From positions 335,988 to 399,987 of the forward strand of contig MU053588.1 in NCBI GenBank assembly GCA_013239625.1: a stretch of 64,000 nucleotides of DNA, given 5' to 3'. Positions 1 to 14,630 of this stretch are shown here, piece by piece. Each line of letters opens with the position of its first letter. Within the stretch, counting starts at the first letter, position 1. Source of the DNA: Lama guanicoe. Taxonomy: Eukaryota. Both the position numbers and the translations under genes were made by a program. A model generated the notes under the pieces. That model had not been told where the DNA came from. It worked only from the letters and a program-made list of their open reading frames with translations, and did no database searches.

Positions 1-440
1 GTCTTTTTGATGATAGCCATTCTGACAGATGTGAGGTGGTATCTGATTGTGGTTTTGATTTGCATTTGTCTAATTATCAGTGATGGGTGTGGAATCTAAA
101 CAAAGAGAAAAACCCAAACAAAACAAAATGAAAACAGACTTACAGATACAGAGAACAAATGGATGGTTGCCAGAAGGGAGGAGGTGGGGGTATGGGGGTA
201 GGGGAACTAGATGAAGGGGATTAAGAGGTTCAAACCTGCAGTTACATAATAAATAAGTCATGGAGATGTCATATACAGCATAAAGAAGATGGTCAATAAT
301 ATTGACTAACTTTGTATGAGGACAAATGGCTTCTAGACTTATAAGGATCATTTCACAATGTATGCAAATGTCAAATTATTATGTAGTACATTTGAAACTA
401 ACATAGTATTTATTGTAGGTCAACTATTTCAACAAAAAAT
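1..440. mobile_element. L1 fragment with internal inversion (1-80 antisense ORF2 end, ~88-440 sense 3' UTR)
   Basis: gatagccattctgacagatgtgagg... is antisense L1 ORF2; it abuts a sense L1 3' UTR ending in an A-run. Confidence 0.7.
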
Positions 441-899
441 TAAGTTTTCCCATAATTCTTGACTTCTCAAAGAGTAAACCTCCAATTATTACTGCTTAAA
501 CTCCTATTTCTGTTCTTGTAACTACTGAAATACGTCTATGTGTAGTCCTGAGGATCTTCTGATATTCAGTGTCATTTATTCACTTGGACTTTTTCACCTA
601 AATCTCAAACCTTAAATGTCCCAAGGCAATTGCATCATATAAAAAATATATATTATATATATATTTATATATTTAAACCAAACCAGGTCTTCTGATTTCT
701 CTTTATATGTTAATGCCACTGTTAACCCTCCAATTCAGTCAAGCTTAAAACTAAAATTTCAAATGTTGTCTAAACAACCATCTATAGTATCCATTTGAAA
801 ACTTATTGTGGAACTTTATGTGAATACTTATGTGGGCATATTATTGTTCTCATTACTTTAGACGCTAAAGTTTTGGATCAGATTTAATGTTCTCTATAA

Positions 900-2210
900 A
901 GGTCAAGCACATTTTGGCTGAATTTATTCCTAGGCATTTTATTTCTTATTTTATTGTTATTATTATAAATCGTGTTTTTTTTAAGTACATTATCTTATTC
1001 TTTCTTGCTGATATATGAAAACATGATGGGTTTTTGTTTAGAATTATATTCCACACCTCTCTTATTACTATTACTTCTAATAATTTATATATTTAAATTC
1101 TTTGGGGTTTTCTATATCCTCTCTCAATAAAGAAAAGTTCTTTCACAGTAATCTTTTTATTGTGTCTTCTGGTTTCTTCCCTCCCCTTGCCTTCTCTCCT
1201 CCCTTCCCAACTCCCTCCCTCCATTTCTTCCTTCCCTTCTTTCTGTTACACATGTTTTCTTCATCTTGCTAGAACCACAGTATAATGCTGAATAGAAATA
1301 AATATCCTTGTCTTGTTTCTAATTTATAAGGAAAAGTAATTCTAATGTGTTACCTTTAAGTATGATGTTTACTGTAGGTTTTTGAGGTAGATACCCTTTA
1401 TCAGGTTAAAGAATTTTCTCTCAGTTAAAAAGAAACAGTTTTGAATTTTACAAATGTTTTTGAACCTCTTAAGATTATAATATGATTTCTATTTAAGCAA
1501 TTAATGTGGTAGATTGTGCTAGTAGATTTTCTAATGTTAAGCTAACCTTAAATTATAGGGATAAACCAACTGCATCATGATGTGTCTGTGTATGCATGTA
1601 TAAAAGCTGTATTTATTTTCTAATTTTCAGTTATTTTGAATTTATAATCATATATAAGATTGACATCTAATTTTCCTTTCCTTTTAAAATTCATGTCTGT
1701 TATTGCCTCTGTGGTATTATTGGCTTTATATAATGAGTCGATGGACATTTTCTCCTATTCTCTGGAAGAACTGGTATGCAAATGGAATTGTTTCTTCAAA
1801 ATCTGGGGAAACTGTCCAGTAAAATTGTCTGCCCTGATGTTTCTTTGGGGAGGGTAAGTTTAGTTTTTCTGATTCTTCACTGTCTATTTACATTTTTTTT
1901 TTGGTCACTTTGGTAACTTATTTCTCTAAAAAACTTTTCATAACTACTATGTTTTCAAACTTATTAGCATGGGTTTTTTTTTTAATAATATTCTCTCATT
2001 TTGTATATCTACTATACCTCTTATTGTGTTTCTACTTTTATTTCTAATAATATTTGTACCTTCAACTCCTTTTTAAAATCAGTCTTGTCAACACATCTTA
2101 TATTTTATTAGTCTTTTAATGAACTGTCTGTATTTTGTCCATTTTTGTTGCTATGCTTTCTAGTTCATTAATTTCTACACTTATTTTCATTTCCTTTCTT
2201 TGAGTTTTCT
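900..2210 (-). mobile_element. Old degenerate L1 ORF2 fragment
   Basis: T-rich antisense L1 motifs (aatttattcctagg, atccttgtcttgtttct, gggataaaccaac). Confidence 0.7.
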
Positions 2211-2340
2211 GAAGCCCTTCAGGAATAGACAGCTTTGTCAGTTCTGAATGGACTGCCATCTTTGTATAGGTGTCTGTGCATAGACGTGTGCACTGGGGTT
2301 AGCAGGCCGGGCTGTGCTCTCCAAACTAATCCTTCTCAGA

Positions 2341-3994
2341 GCTGGATCAAGATGGCAGAATAGAAGGATGCAGAGCTCACCTCTTCCCATAAATACATCA
2401 AAAATACATCTACATGTGGAACAGTTCTCACAGAATACCTACTGAAATCTGGCAGAAGATCTTATACAATCAAGTCTGTGGAAAAGATCATCACATAACC
2501 AGGTAGGATGAGACAAAAAAAAAAAAGAATCAGAGCAGGACCTGCACCACTGGGAGGAAGCTGTGGAAGAGGAAAGTTTCCCTCACCCTGGGAAGCCCCT
2601 TCACCAGCGGGGAGATCAGCCTGGACAGAAAGGGAGCCTCAGAGGCTTGGAGGAGAGCACAGCAGCTGGTCTGCAGCAGGCAGAACAGAGAGAGACTGAC
2701 ACAGAGGATCCCCAGCCCGAGCCAGGAGCCTGCTGGTGCAGGCAGCGGCTGGTACTGAAACCTGAGCTTTGGAGAACAGACCCAGGGAGAGAACTGGGGT
2801 TGGCTGCGTGAGGACAGCCTGAAGAGGCTGGAGTGTGGTGTGGGCTGGGGTTGGGAGAATGTGCAGCAGAGCCCAGGTCTACCATAAGAAGCCCCATTGT
2901 TGGTGTGCCCGAATGGAGGGGCAGGACCCCATCATAGAAGCCTTCTTCTCAGCTTGCTCACAGCCAGGGCAGCGCCACTTGTAAGAGCTCTGGGAGCACT
3001 GACAGCTCGCCCTAAGGGGAGGCAAGGCTGAAATCTGAGCCCATTTCCTTGGGCAATAGGACTGCAGCATTGGGGCTGAAATCTGAGCCATGTCCCAGGC
3101 AGCTTTGGTGGATTTATGCTGCCAATGCCTTTGTAAATTCAACACCTGTGGGGAATCAGAGCAGATTATTGGTAATAATCTGGTAATAAACAGCTGGGGC
3201 GTTAGCATTGGATGCACGCACTAGGAGGTGGGGCTGGGGGCAGGGTTGACTCCCTAGCTCCCAAGGCAGATCCAAGTGTATGACTATGCATGATCCTGGC
3301 AGGTCTTGGTGCCTGACTTCAGCAGATCTGCACTGGTGGCTTTCTGAGCACAGCACCTGAGGGACATCCAGGCTGCCTGCATTTCCACAGCTGAAGCAGG
3401 GCCGAGGCTGCACCAACAACAGTATATATACTCTGTGAGCCCACGTGTGGGTGACAAGCAGCACCACAGAGAGCACTTCCCAGTGGACATCTCCTGTGGG
3501 GGCATACTCAACAACAAAAAAAGCAAACAACTCAATCAAAAAATGGGAAGAAGACTGAAATAGACATTTCTCCAAAGACATACAGATGGTCATTAGGCTC
3601 ATAAAAAGATGTTCAATATCACTAATTATTAGAGAAATTCAAATCAAAACCACAATAAGGTATCACCTTACACTGGTCAGAATGGCCATCATTAAAAGTC
3701 CACAAATGATAAATGCTGGAGAGGGTGTGGAGAAAAGGCAACCCTCCTACACTGTTAGTGGGAATGTAATTTGGTGCAGCTGCTATGCAGAACAGTATGA
3801 AGATTCCTTAGAAAACTAAAAATAGAGATACTGTATGATCCAGCAATTCCACTCATGGGCATATATCCAGAGAAACTAATTTGAAAAGAAACATGTACCC
3901 CAGTGTTCACAGCAGCATTATTTACAATAGCCAAGACACTGAAGCAATCAATCTAAGTGTCCATCAACAGATGAATGGGTAAAGAAAATGTGGT

Positions 3995-4039
<45 letters not shown>

Positions 4040-4470
4040 GGAATACTACTCAGGCATAAAAAAGAATGAAAATGTCATTTGCAGTGAATGAATGGACCTA
4101 GAGATCATCATACAAGTGAAGTAAGTCAGACAAAGACAAATATATATCACTTATATGTGGAACAAAAAAATGATACAAATGAACATATTTATAAATCAGA
4201 AAGAGACTCACAGACATAGAAAAGAATCTTATGGTTATCAAAGGGAAAGGATAAATTAGGAGTTTGGTATTAGCAGATACAAAGTACTGTGTTTAAAATA
4301 GATTAACAATGAGGTCCTACCGTATAGCACAGGGAACTATATTCAATATCTTGTAATAAGCTATTATGAAAATGAATATGAAAAAATATATATGTGTATA
4401 TATAACTGAATCAGTATAGTGTACATGAGAAACTAATACATTGTAAATCACTGACACTTCAATAAAACGA
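2341..4470 (+). mobile_element. L1 with 5' UTR joined directly to ORF2 end/3' UTR (internally deleted)
   Basis: Begins with YY1-like AAGATGGC (2349-2356); GC-rich 5' UTR to ~3505, then ORF2 C-terminus ([16 protein letters not shown]) and 3' UTR ending at AATAAA 4461-4466. Confidence 0.8.
3997..4037. repeat. (CA)n microsatellite
   Basis: About 20 AC units within the L1. Confidence 0.95.
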
Positions 4471-5019
4471 AATCTCCAATAAAAAGGGAATGTATATTCT
4501 GCTGTTAGTGGGTGGAATGTCCTATAAATATTTAATCACAGTTCTAAGGCTAAAATAAAGGAAAAATGAGCAATGTCACTGAGATCATATTTGTATTTAT
4601 GTCCTGATATGTGTATGTAAGTTTTCTATAGGGTATATATTTATTCTATATCTATATGCTGAATATATCTATATGCTAAGTCATTGGACATGTGTTATCA
4701 TTCAGACTAATAGGTACTGCCTATGTTTCCAAGGTCGTTACAATATTCACTCTCACCAGCAGATAAAATTCCCATTTCTCCAAATCCTCATCAACTCTTG
4801 ATACTTGACAACTTTATTTTTGCCAATGGACGTTTGTGAGAATGTATCTGTGTAGTTCTGGTTCAAATCCTTGATTACTAATGAGAATGAACAATTTTTC
4901 TTATGTTTATTGGTAATTTATGATTTCTTTTCTGTAAAATGCATATGAATTTCTACACTTGTCAATTATTTGAGTATTTCTGACTGAAAGGAGTCTGTAT
5001 TTTCTGGATATTCATCCAT

Positions 5020-5760
5020 CCTTATGCCAGTGATCAATTTACCACCACATAGCTCCAAATTCACTTTTCAGTACCTGCTGTGCTATAATGGACTGGCTTC
5101 TCAGCATTTTCTCCTTTACAGTGAGCATGATGTTAAGATTTTCAATAGGCTTCTCTTATTGGGCCTGGTGTGCAGTGCTTTGCTTTTTCTTGCTCCTCCT
5201 GTACAGTTGTTAGTAGTGTGGGTCTATGAGAACATTCAGTGATGTTCTGCCCCAGCCCTGTACCTAGAGAGCATATAGTCCCTTGGTAGCTCTGCAGTCC
5301 AGCCAAGGCCAAGTGACCACTTTCCCGGTGCAGATAATGTGAACTGTAGCCCTTGCAGCAGCTTCTGACTCTCTCTAGGTGTCCACATACCAGTTGTGGG
5401 TCATGTATACCCTTTGTGGTTTCCCAGGGCCCTTTCAATGTAGACGCTGTGTTCTCCAAGCCTTATACCTGCACCTCAGCTCTACCAGTTGCATCTCAGT
5501 TATGTCTGACAGGTTTGTTTTCTGCTTGCGTAATGACTATAGATCTGCTCTGGCCAGGGAAACCCACCTAATTTCTCTACTATCCAGTGAGGCTGAAACC
5601 ACACCTTCTATGAAGCTTGAACCCCAGACTTAGAGATGGGTCCCACCTTCAAAATTTATCCTTTCTCTGAGATTCTTCAGCCTTTGGGTAACTTCAGAGT
5701 TCTTTTACATCGTATAATTACTTTTACTATAGTTTAATATTTATTTATATTCCATCTTGG
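5020..5760. mobile_element. Probable old ERVL-type LTR remnant
   Basis: GC-richer island with LTR-like composition; family not assigned. Confidence 0.35.
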
Positions 5761-6209
5761 TCCAGAACTGGAAGTAAAATATATCCCTTAATAGCCACAT
5801 TAAGTATTTACATTAACTGGCATTAATAATACATTAGGATTTATTTCTGTAGTCTTATGGAAATTACACTTTGGGGAACTGAGAGGGGATTTGCATATCA
5901 CTTCTGATAATATTTCACTTAGTCACAGGACCATAATTGATAGGGGAGAATGGGAAATCTGCTGTCTGGCCGGGTAGCCAGGAGCTCATGTGGTAAATGA
6001 GAAATTTAGAATTCTGGCAGAATTATGGTACATCAATAAAAGAATAATATATAGCTATAAGAATAATATACTACCATAAAAATAAAGAAACCATATCTGA
6101 GAGGACTCAGGGACAATATATATTTTGCAAGAATGTCCACCAAAATATATCCCATCTTATATACTTTACTTAAAACATGACACTCTCCCATCAAGATGTA
6201 CCTGCCTAG

Positions 6210-7415
6210 TATGATCTTGACATTGGTCTTAGCAATCTTTTTGGATCTGTCTCCTCATGCAAGGGAAACAAGAGCCAAAATAAATAGCACTACATCAAAC
6301 TAAAAAGCTTTTACACGGTGAAGGAAGCTATCAACAAAACAAAAAGGCAGCTTACTGAATGGGAGAAAATAGGTGCAAATGATATAGGGGTTAATATACA
6401 AAATATACAAAGACGTCATACAACTCAACATCAAAATCCAACAACCTAGTTTAAAAATGGGTAGAGGACCTGAATAGACATTTTTCCAAAGAAGACCTAC
6501 AGATGGCCAACAGACACATGAAAAGATGCTCAGCATCACTAATCATTAGGGAAATGCAAATCAAAACCACAATGAGATACCACCTCACACCTGTCAGAAT
6601 GGTTATTATCAAAAAGACAACAAATAGCAAGTGTTGGCAAGTATGTGGTGAAAAGGGACCCCTTTTGCATTGTTGATGGGATTGTAAATTGATGCAGCCA
6701 CTATGTAAAACAGTATGGAAGAGCCTCCAAAAGTTAAAAATAGAACTTCCATAGGATCTAGCAATTTCACGTCTGAGTATTTACCCAAAGAAAACAAAAA
6801 CACTAATTCAAGAAGATATACGCTTCCCAGTGTTCACTACAGCATTATTTACAAGCCAAGATACAGAAGCAACCTAAGTGTCCATAGATAGGTGAATGGA
6901 TAAAGATGTGGTATATATACTCAATGGAATATTATTCAGCCATAAAAAATGAAATCTTGCCATTTTTGATAACACGTATGGATGTAGGGTATTATGCTAC
7001 ATGAAATAAGTCAGAGAAAGACAAATACCTTATGATCTCAATTATATGTAGAATCTAAAAACAAACAAAATGAAAATAGACTCACAGATACAGAGAACAG
7101 GTGGGTGGTTGCCAGAGGGGAGGATGGGTGTGTGTGTGTGTGGGGAAATAGGTGAATGGGATTACCAGGTACAAATCTCTAGTTATAAAATAAATAAGCA
7201 TGGGAATATAATATACAACATAAGGAATGTGGTCAATAATATTATAATAACTTTGTATGGGGACAAATGGCTACTAGATTTATCAAGGCTATCATTTCAT
7301 AATGTATGCAAATACCAAATATGTATTACACCCAAAATTAACATAATATTGTATATCAACTGTATTTCAGTAAGAAAAAACATAAATTAAGTACTCCAGA
7401 AATTTAAAAAAAAAA
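6210..7415 (+). mobile_element. 5'-truncated L1 (ORF2 end + 3' UTR) inserted in a MaLR LTR
   Basis: gaaatgcaaatcaaaaccacaatgagatac; poly-A at ~7406-7415; gtacctg repeated on both flanks. Confidence 0.9.
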
Positions 7416-7419
7416 GGTA

Positions 7420-7952
7420 CCTGATTAAAGCAATAGAGAATGGCAGAAGTGGGATTATGTTACTTGCAAGGCTGGGTATAGAAGCATCTTTCTGGCATAT
7501 TCTTTTTTCCAAATATGGCCACAATATATCTCATACTTCAAGCTCTTAACAATGTGACACTTCTCTCATTGAGTTGTAACTGCAGCAAGACCATAAAAAT
7601 TACATGCATTTCCACCTTCTTCTTTGGGACACACTCTTGAAACCCAAGTCACCATACTAAGCAGCCACACAGAGATATCACCTGTAGGTATTGTGGGTGA
7701 CCATCCTGCGGTCAGGTTGACAGCCAGAATCAACTGCCAGGCAGGTGAGCAAGTGAGTCTTTTGATGATTCTAATCTTCAGCCATCAACTGACCCCTAAC
7801 TTTCAAGACACCCCATCCGAGGCTCTGTGGATCAGAGATGAGCTGCTAGTGCCAAGTACTGTCCAGATTTTATAGATTTGTGAGCTAAATAAATGATTAT
7901 TGTATTTTAAGCCAAGTTTGGGGCAGTTGTTACACAGCAATAGAAACTGGAA
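7420..7952 (+). mobile_element. MLT1-type MaLR LTR (additional 5' piece at ~6120-6200)
   Basis: Typical 3' end aataaatgattattgtattttaagccaagtttggggcagttgttacacagcaatagaaactggaa. Confidence 0.8.
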
Positions 7953-8399
7953 TGACTGTCAAAATATGTAAGCAAAAAAGCAAAGCACATTTAAAACATA
8001 GAATATATAATTTATACATTTTTAAAAAGCAAATGGAAAAAGACTACATTCTAGGTATGTATTTTATATATTTTCATAACATACATAGTTTCATATATAT
8101 CCTTGGAAAATTTACATTAATGGGTCATTTCCTGATGGATTTGTATCACAGCCTGGGGATTGTTTGGGTATTTAAGTCGTAGGCTGTTTGGGTTTTATTA
8201 GCAAAACATTTCCCTAAAAAAATCAGTAGGCTTTCAAACTACAGATGTTTAATTACAAAGCCAAAATCTTGTGTAAAGGTAATTTTAAGCCTGATGATTC
8301 CTTTTGCTTACTGGCCCCTTTGTTCTTTCACTTTTCTAGCCTTTTAACATTCTTAGGTAATTATACTGTACATTAAATAATCTCTCTTTAGTGACTGTT

Positions 8400-10185
8400 T
8401 CATCTTTTTTAAGCCCCATTCTCATCTTCCATACTTTCAGTTAACCTTGTTTATTGCTTCATGAAAGCTCTGAAGGATCAGAACACTTTCCAAGACTTCT
8501 TCAAACTCATTTACCCACTTCCCAGCATTTGAACCCCATATTCTGCCATTCTATTCTCAGGAATAAACTTTCCATGGTATCACCTAAAAAACTAATCCCT
8601 CCATCCACTACTAATCTTATCCACTCCCATCTACACAAAGTCATTGCCCTAGAAATTCTCACTTTTCTGTCCTGAATCATACACCCCCCCATTATTCCAA
8701 TAAGCATAGGGAATTGCTATTCCTTCTCCCATCGTGAAAATAAACACTCCCATTCCTACACTACACTAATTATTAACATATTTGCTTCCTTTTGCAGCAA
8801 AAACATCTGAAAGCAGCAGTTTCTATACTCATTGTCTCCAGTTTCTATTCTCTTATTAAGCTATTACTTCAATTTTTCCAAAACAAACTAAAATATCCCT
8901 GCTCTTTTCAAGGTCAACAGTAACACCAATATTGCCAAATCCAATAGCCTATTTTCAAGCCTTGTTCAATGCAACCTGCTAACGGTATCTGATATCATCA
9001 ATCAGCCTCCCTTTGACTCACTTTCATTTGGCTTCTATAATGCCACACTGTCTTGGTTTCCTTCCATCTCTCTCGTCCTCTGTAGCATCTTTTGCTGGCC
9101 TGTCCTTTTATCCATGAACTCTTAATGTTAGAACACAATGTGAATCAATCATTGCCATTCTTCCTTTCCCTATTTACACAGAGGCCTTTAATGGTCTTAT
9201 CCTGCCTCCTTATTTTAAATAAGTATAGGCAATGACTACCAAGTTAATATAATCTCTACAACAGTACAAGCTGGAAGATCCAAGCGCATACTCAATGTTG
9301 TCATTTTGTGTCTAAAAGACATTTCAAACTCAACATGTTCAAATTTGAACTCCTCCCAGTCTTCTCCCACAAACCTGATGGAACTGCAGATTTCTCCATC
9401 TCGGCTAATGGGAACACATCTTTCCAACTGCTTGAGACCAAAACCTTTGAGTTAATGTCACCCTGTACCTTTCCTTTCACAACTGACATCCAGCCCCTAA
9501 ACAAATCTTGTCTGCTCTATCACATTTACCGTCTCTCTAAAACCCAACCACTTCTCCCCATTGTTACCACTCTGGTCTGAGCCACCCTCATCTCTCATCT
9601 GAATTAATGCCATAGCCTCCTACCCATTTCATTTTTCTTTTAAAAAACAAAACAAAACCAACAACACAATAGCAGAATGTCAGATCATGTCCTCTGCTCA
9701 GAACTCTCCAATGGCTGCCAATTTCCCTCAGAATGAAATCCGAAATGCTTACAATAAAAGGTCTTACAAGATATGGCCCTGTTATCTCTGTGAGCTCCTC
9801 CATCGATCATCCCCTGGCACAGACCTATACAATAGCTTCCCTGCTGTCCTTCACATACACTAGCACAGTCCCGCTGTCGGGCTCTAGCTTTCTCCTGTCT
9901 GGTACGCTCTTCCTTTAGATAACCACTGACTTGCTCCCTCACACCTTCAAATCTTGACTCAACTCTTCCCTTCATGGTCTACCCTGATCATTCTATTTCA
10001 TGTAGTGACATAAATTGTGATATTCCTCTCAACTCCTTTTGAATAACCTTTTCCCCCACACCATTTACATTCTAACATACTCTACAGTTTATTATTCCAT
10101 CTCCTCCTGCTACAGTTGTTCATTGATATATCCCAAACACCTGCAATAGTGGCTGGAATAGTAAGTACTTAATAAATATGACTAA
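8400..10185 (+). mobile_element. L2 LINE 3' portion
   Basis: L2 motifs caaggtcaac..tgccaaatccaat, caaactcaacatgttcaaa, gatcatgtcctctgctcagaactctccaatggct; ends aataaatat. Confidence 0.88.
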
Positions 10186-10789
10186 TTTTAGAACAACAGG
10201 TTTGGGTGGCGGAAGCATTTTAAGTCATCTTTGCTAGGAGACTCACTGCCTTTGAATGCATGGGGCAATTGTCTCAGTTTTTGCTCAGAAGGCTACTCTC
10301 AATCACTGTAAGTGGCTTCACTTAAGGGTAGAATCAGTTTGGTATTTAGAATGCCACAAGTTTCAAAACTATGAATTTAACATCATCCTGGATTGAGTGC
10401 CTGCAGGCAGAGATACTATTTCTTAACAAAGCAATATCACTTTCAATCTCTGCTAGCAGCCTCTGTAGGTTAACGCTACAGCAAATTCATCTCTTTCACA
10501 GAACATTACTGAAAGCAGCAAGAAACATCCAACACACACATTCTGAATCACTCCTATCACTTCCCAGCATTACAGCGTTAATTTGTACAAGATTTGCCTT
10601 GTAAGACGGTAGGAAGTTTGACCAAATGTCCTGTCTATAAAAACAAGAATCTTCAGTTTTATAGCCTGAAGTGAACAAATCCTCATTCTCCATCACTCTA
10701 AGTCAATTCCAGATTTGAAATTTCTTTTACCCATAGCACTCTACTTTCAGGTACAGAGTTTTATATCCTTAATAATATTTAGCGTCAAT

Positions 10790-11185
10790 AACAAAATGAC
10801 AACAGCATCAACAAATAAGTTTAATTTTATATAAAGAAATACAGGAGGTGGGCAGACCAGAGTTGGTATGACTGTTCCATAAAATCAGCATAAGTATAGA
10901 CTTATTCTGTATTTCCGCTCCATCACCCTTAATACTCAGATATCATTCTCAAAGTCCCCATAAAATTGCCAGAGTTGCAGATTAAATGTCCACAATGTAG
11001 GCAGGGAAACAAAAAAGTGCAGAGAGGAAAAAAAGGATTTCTTAAATGATCAGTACATAAAAATACCAACCACTTTCATCTTGCTGACCTGTAAGGGATG
11101 CTCAGAGAGTTCTTCAGCCAAAAATTCTGTTACTGAAGAAGGGAAAATGGATATTGGGTAGGAAAATAGCAGTCTCCGACACAGC
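10790..11185 (-). mobile_element. Old MaLR LTR (MLT1J/K-like)
   Basis: ggaggtgggcagaccagagttggtatg...ttccgctccatcaccctt resembles antisense MLT1. Confidence 0.5.
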
Positions 11186-11619
11186 TTCTCATCATTTTTC
11201 ATTGCAAAATAGTCTATGTCAGTTTTTATTTTTTAGTTTAATTCAAAAGTTTAATTCATTAAAGTTTAAAAAAATTTCCTACTAGAAAGACTTATTTTGG
11301 CTATTCTTTTTTTCATTTCTAAGTAATATTCTTGAATTGCAGAGATGGTAGAAAATATGAGTTTTTGTTCTTTGTTACAGTTCACTTCATACCTCATCAG
11401 TAATCCATTGCTTAACTCTACAGCATTTTTTTTTTAACACTATGAACTTCTTCTTACAGTATATGGGATGAGATGTGAATGAAAGTTTTCTCATACTCAT
11501 GACAGCATACGGTGCACCCCGCTCAAATAATTAGGGTTAAGTGTTAATGAAAGACTCAGTATTCATTATACTAATAAATGTCCTTCTCTCATGCAAATTC
11601 TCTAAAATAACATGAACAA

Positions 11620-11812
11620 TCATGATAGCTATATTTGTGATATGCTATGTTGAAGGCACTGTTCTAAGAATTTTACATGTAACAACTTATATAATACTTC
11701 CAAGAATCTTATAAGGAAGGTATTATGCTTAGGTCTACCCGACAATTAATTAACCTGAAGTAGAGGTTAACTATCACGATAAATGTCACAATTGAAAGGA
11801 ACTAGAAGAGTC
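11620..11812 (-). mobile_element. MIR SINE in ZNF420 3' UTR region
   Basis: ctatgttgaaggcactgttctaagaattttacatgt...gaggttaact resembles the reverse-complement MIR core. Confidence 0.65.
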
Positions 11813-12071
11813 GAGATAATGTTGAAAAAGAGAAGTGCTATGACTAAACGTATTTCTACATTTACATTAACACAATTACTCGGTATTATAATTTGCTATA
11901 GTTTAATAGGTCTTTCTACCTGGATTTCATTATCATTATCTTCCCCCATACAAATTCACTGATGCTGAACTTTACGAAGTAAATGTGTTTCCATATTACA
12001 CATTTTAAGAATTCTGATGAAAATTGATTAATGACCAGAGAAGGCTGTATTATTCAAAATAATTAGATCAT

Positions 12072-14036
<1,965 letters not shown>

Positions 14037-14460
14037 TCATTTCAAAAGAACTTCTACAGTAGGAAAAACTACATATGAAAAAATATATATGGAAATAATA
14101 CCCACAGGAAATAATTGCCTTACATGAGTGTTTTTGGAACATTGTGTGCTATGATGTGGAGAAATACCTACGTACCTTTCACATCACAAACACAGTTTCA
14201 TAAAATAATACCTATTCTGTTTTCCAGTCTGTTTTACACTATTCTAGTTGTCTTTCTTTCTCCCCCTTCTCTCACACACACCGAGTCAAATCCACTAAAC
14301 TCTTTTCATACTGCAGTAATGTATTGCTATCCAGAGTTTGAAAAAATATTAGCTTAGAGTGATTTCATGTATTTATATGCAAAAAGAGCACATGAAAGAT
14401 CGGAGAATAATGAAAGCTCTACTGAGAAAACAAGGGAAGAGATGAGGAAAACTTTTTAAG

Positions 14461-14630
14461 TCACTGGTTCTCAAAACTTTGGTGGGGATCAAAACTACCT
14501 GGGGACCCAGATAAAGCTGAAGATGCCCGATACTACACTAGACTAACTGAATCTGAATCTAGTGATTCAGAAATCTCTAGTTTTAATACTTTCCACCAAC
14601 TGATTCTGATTCAGATTTAGATCATGATTT
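14461..14630. mobile_element. MER5-type hAT DNA transposon
   Basis: cactggttctcaaaact...actgaatctgaatct...tgattctgat. Confidence 0.65.

Noticed and set aside
11225..11230. Candidate poly(A) signal for ZNF420 (minus-strand AATAAA); likewise 51111-51116 for the paralog
   Set aside because: Several hexamers occur in AT-rich sequence; cannot choose without transcript data
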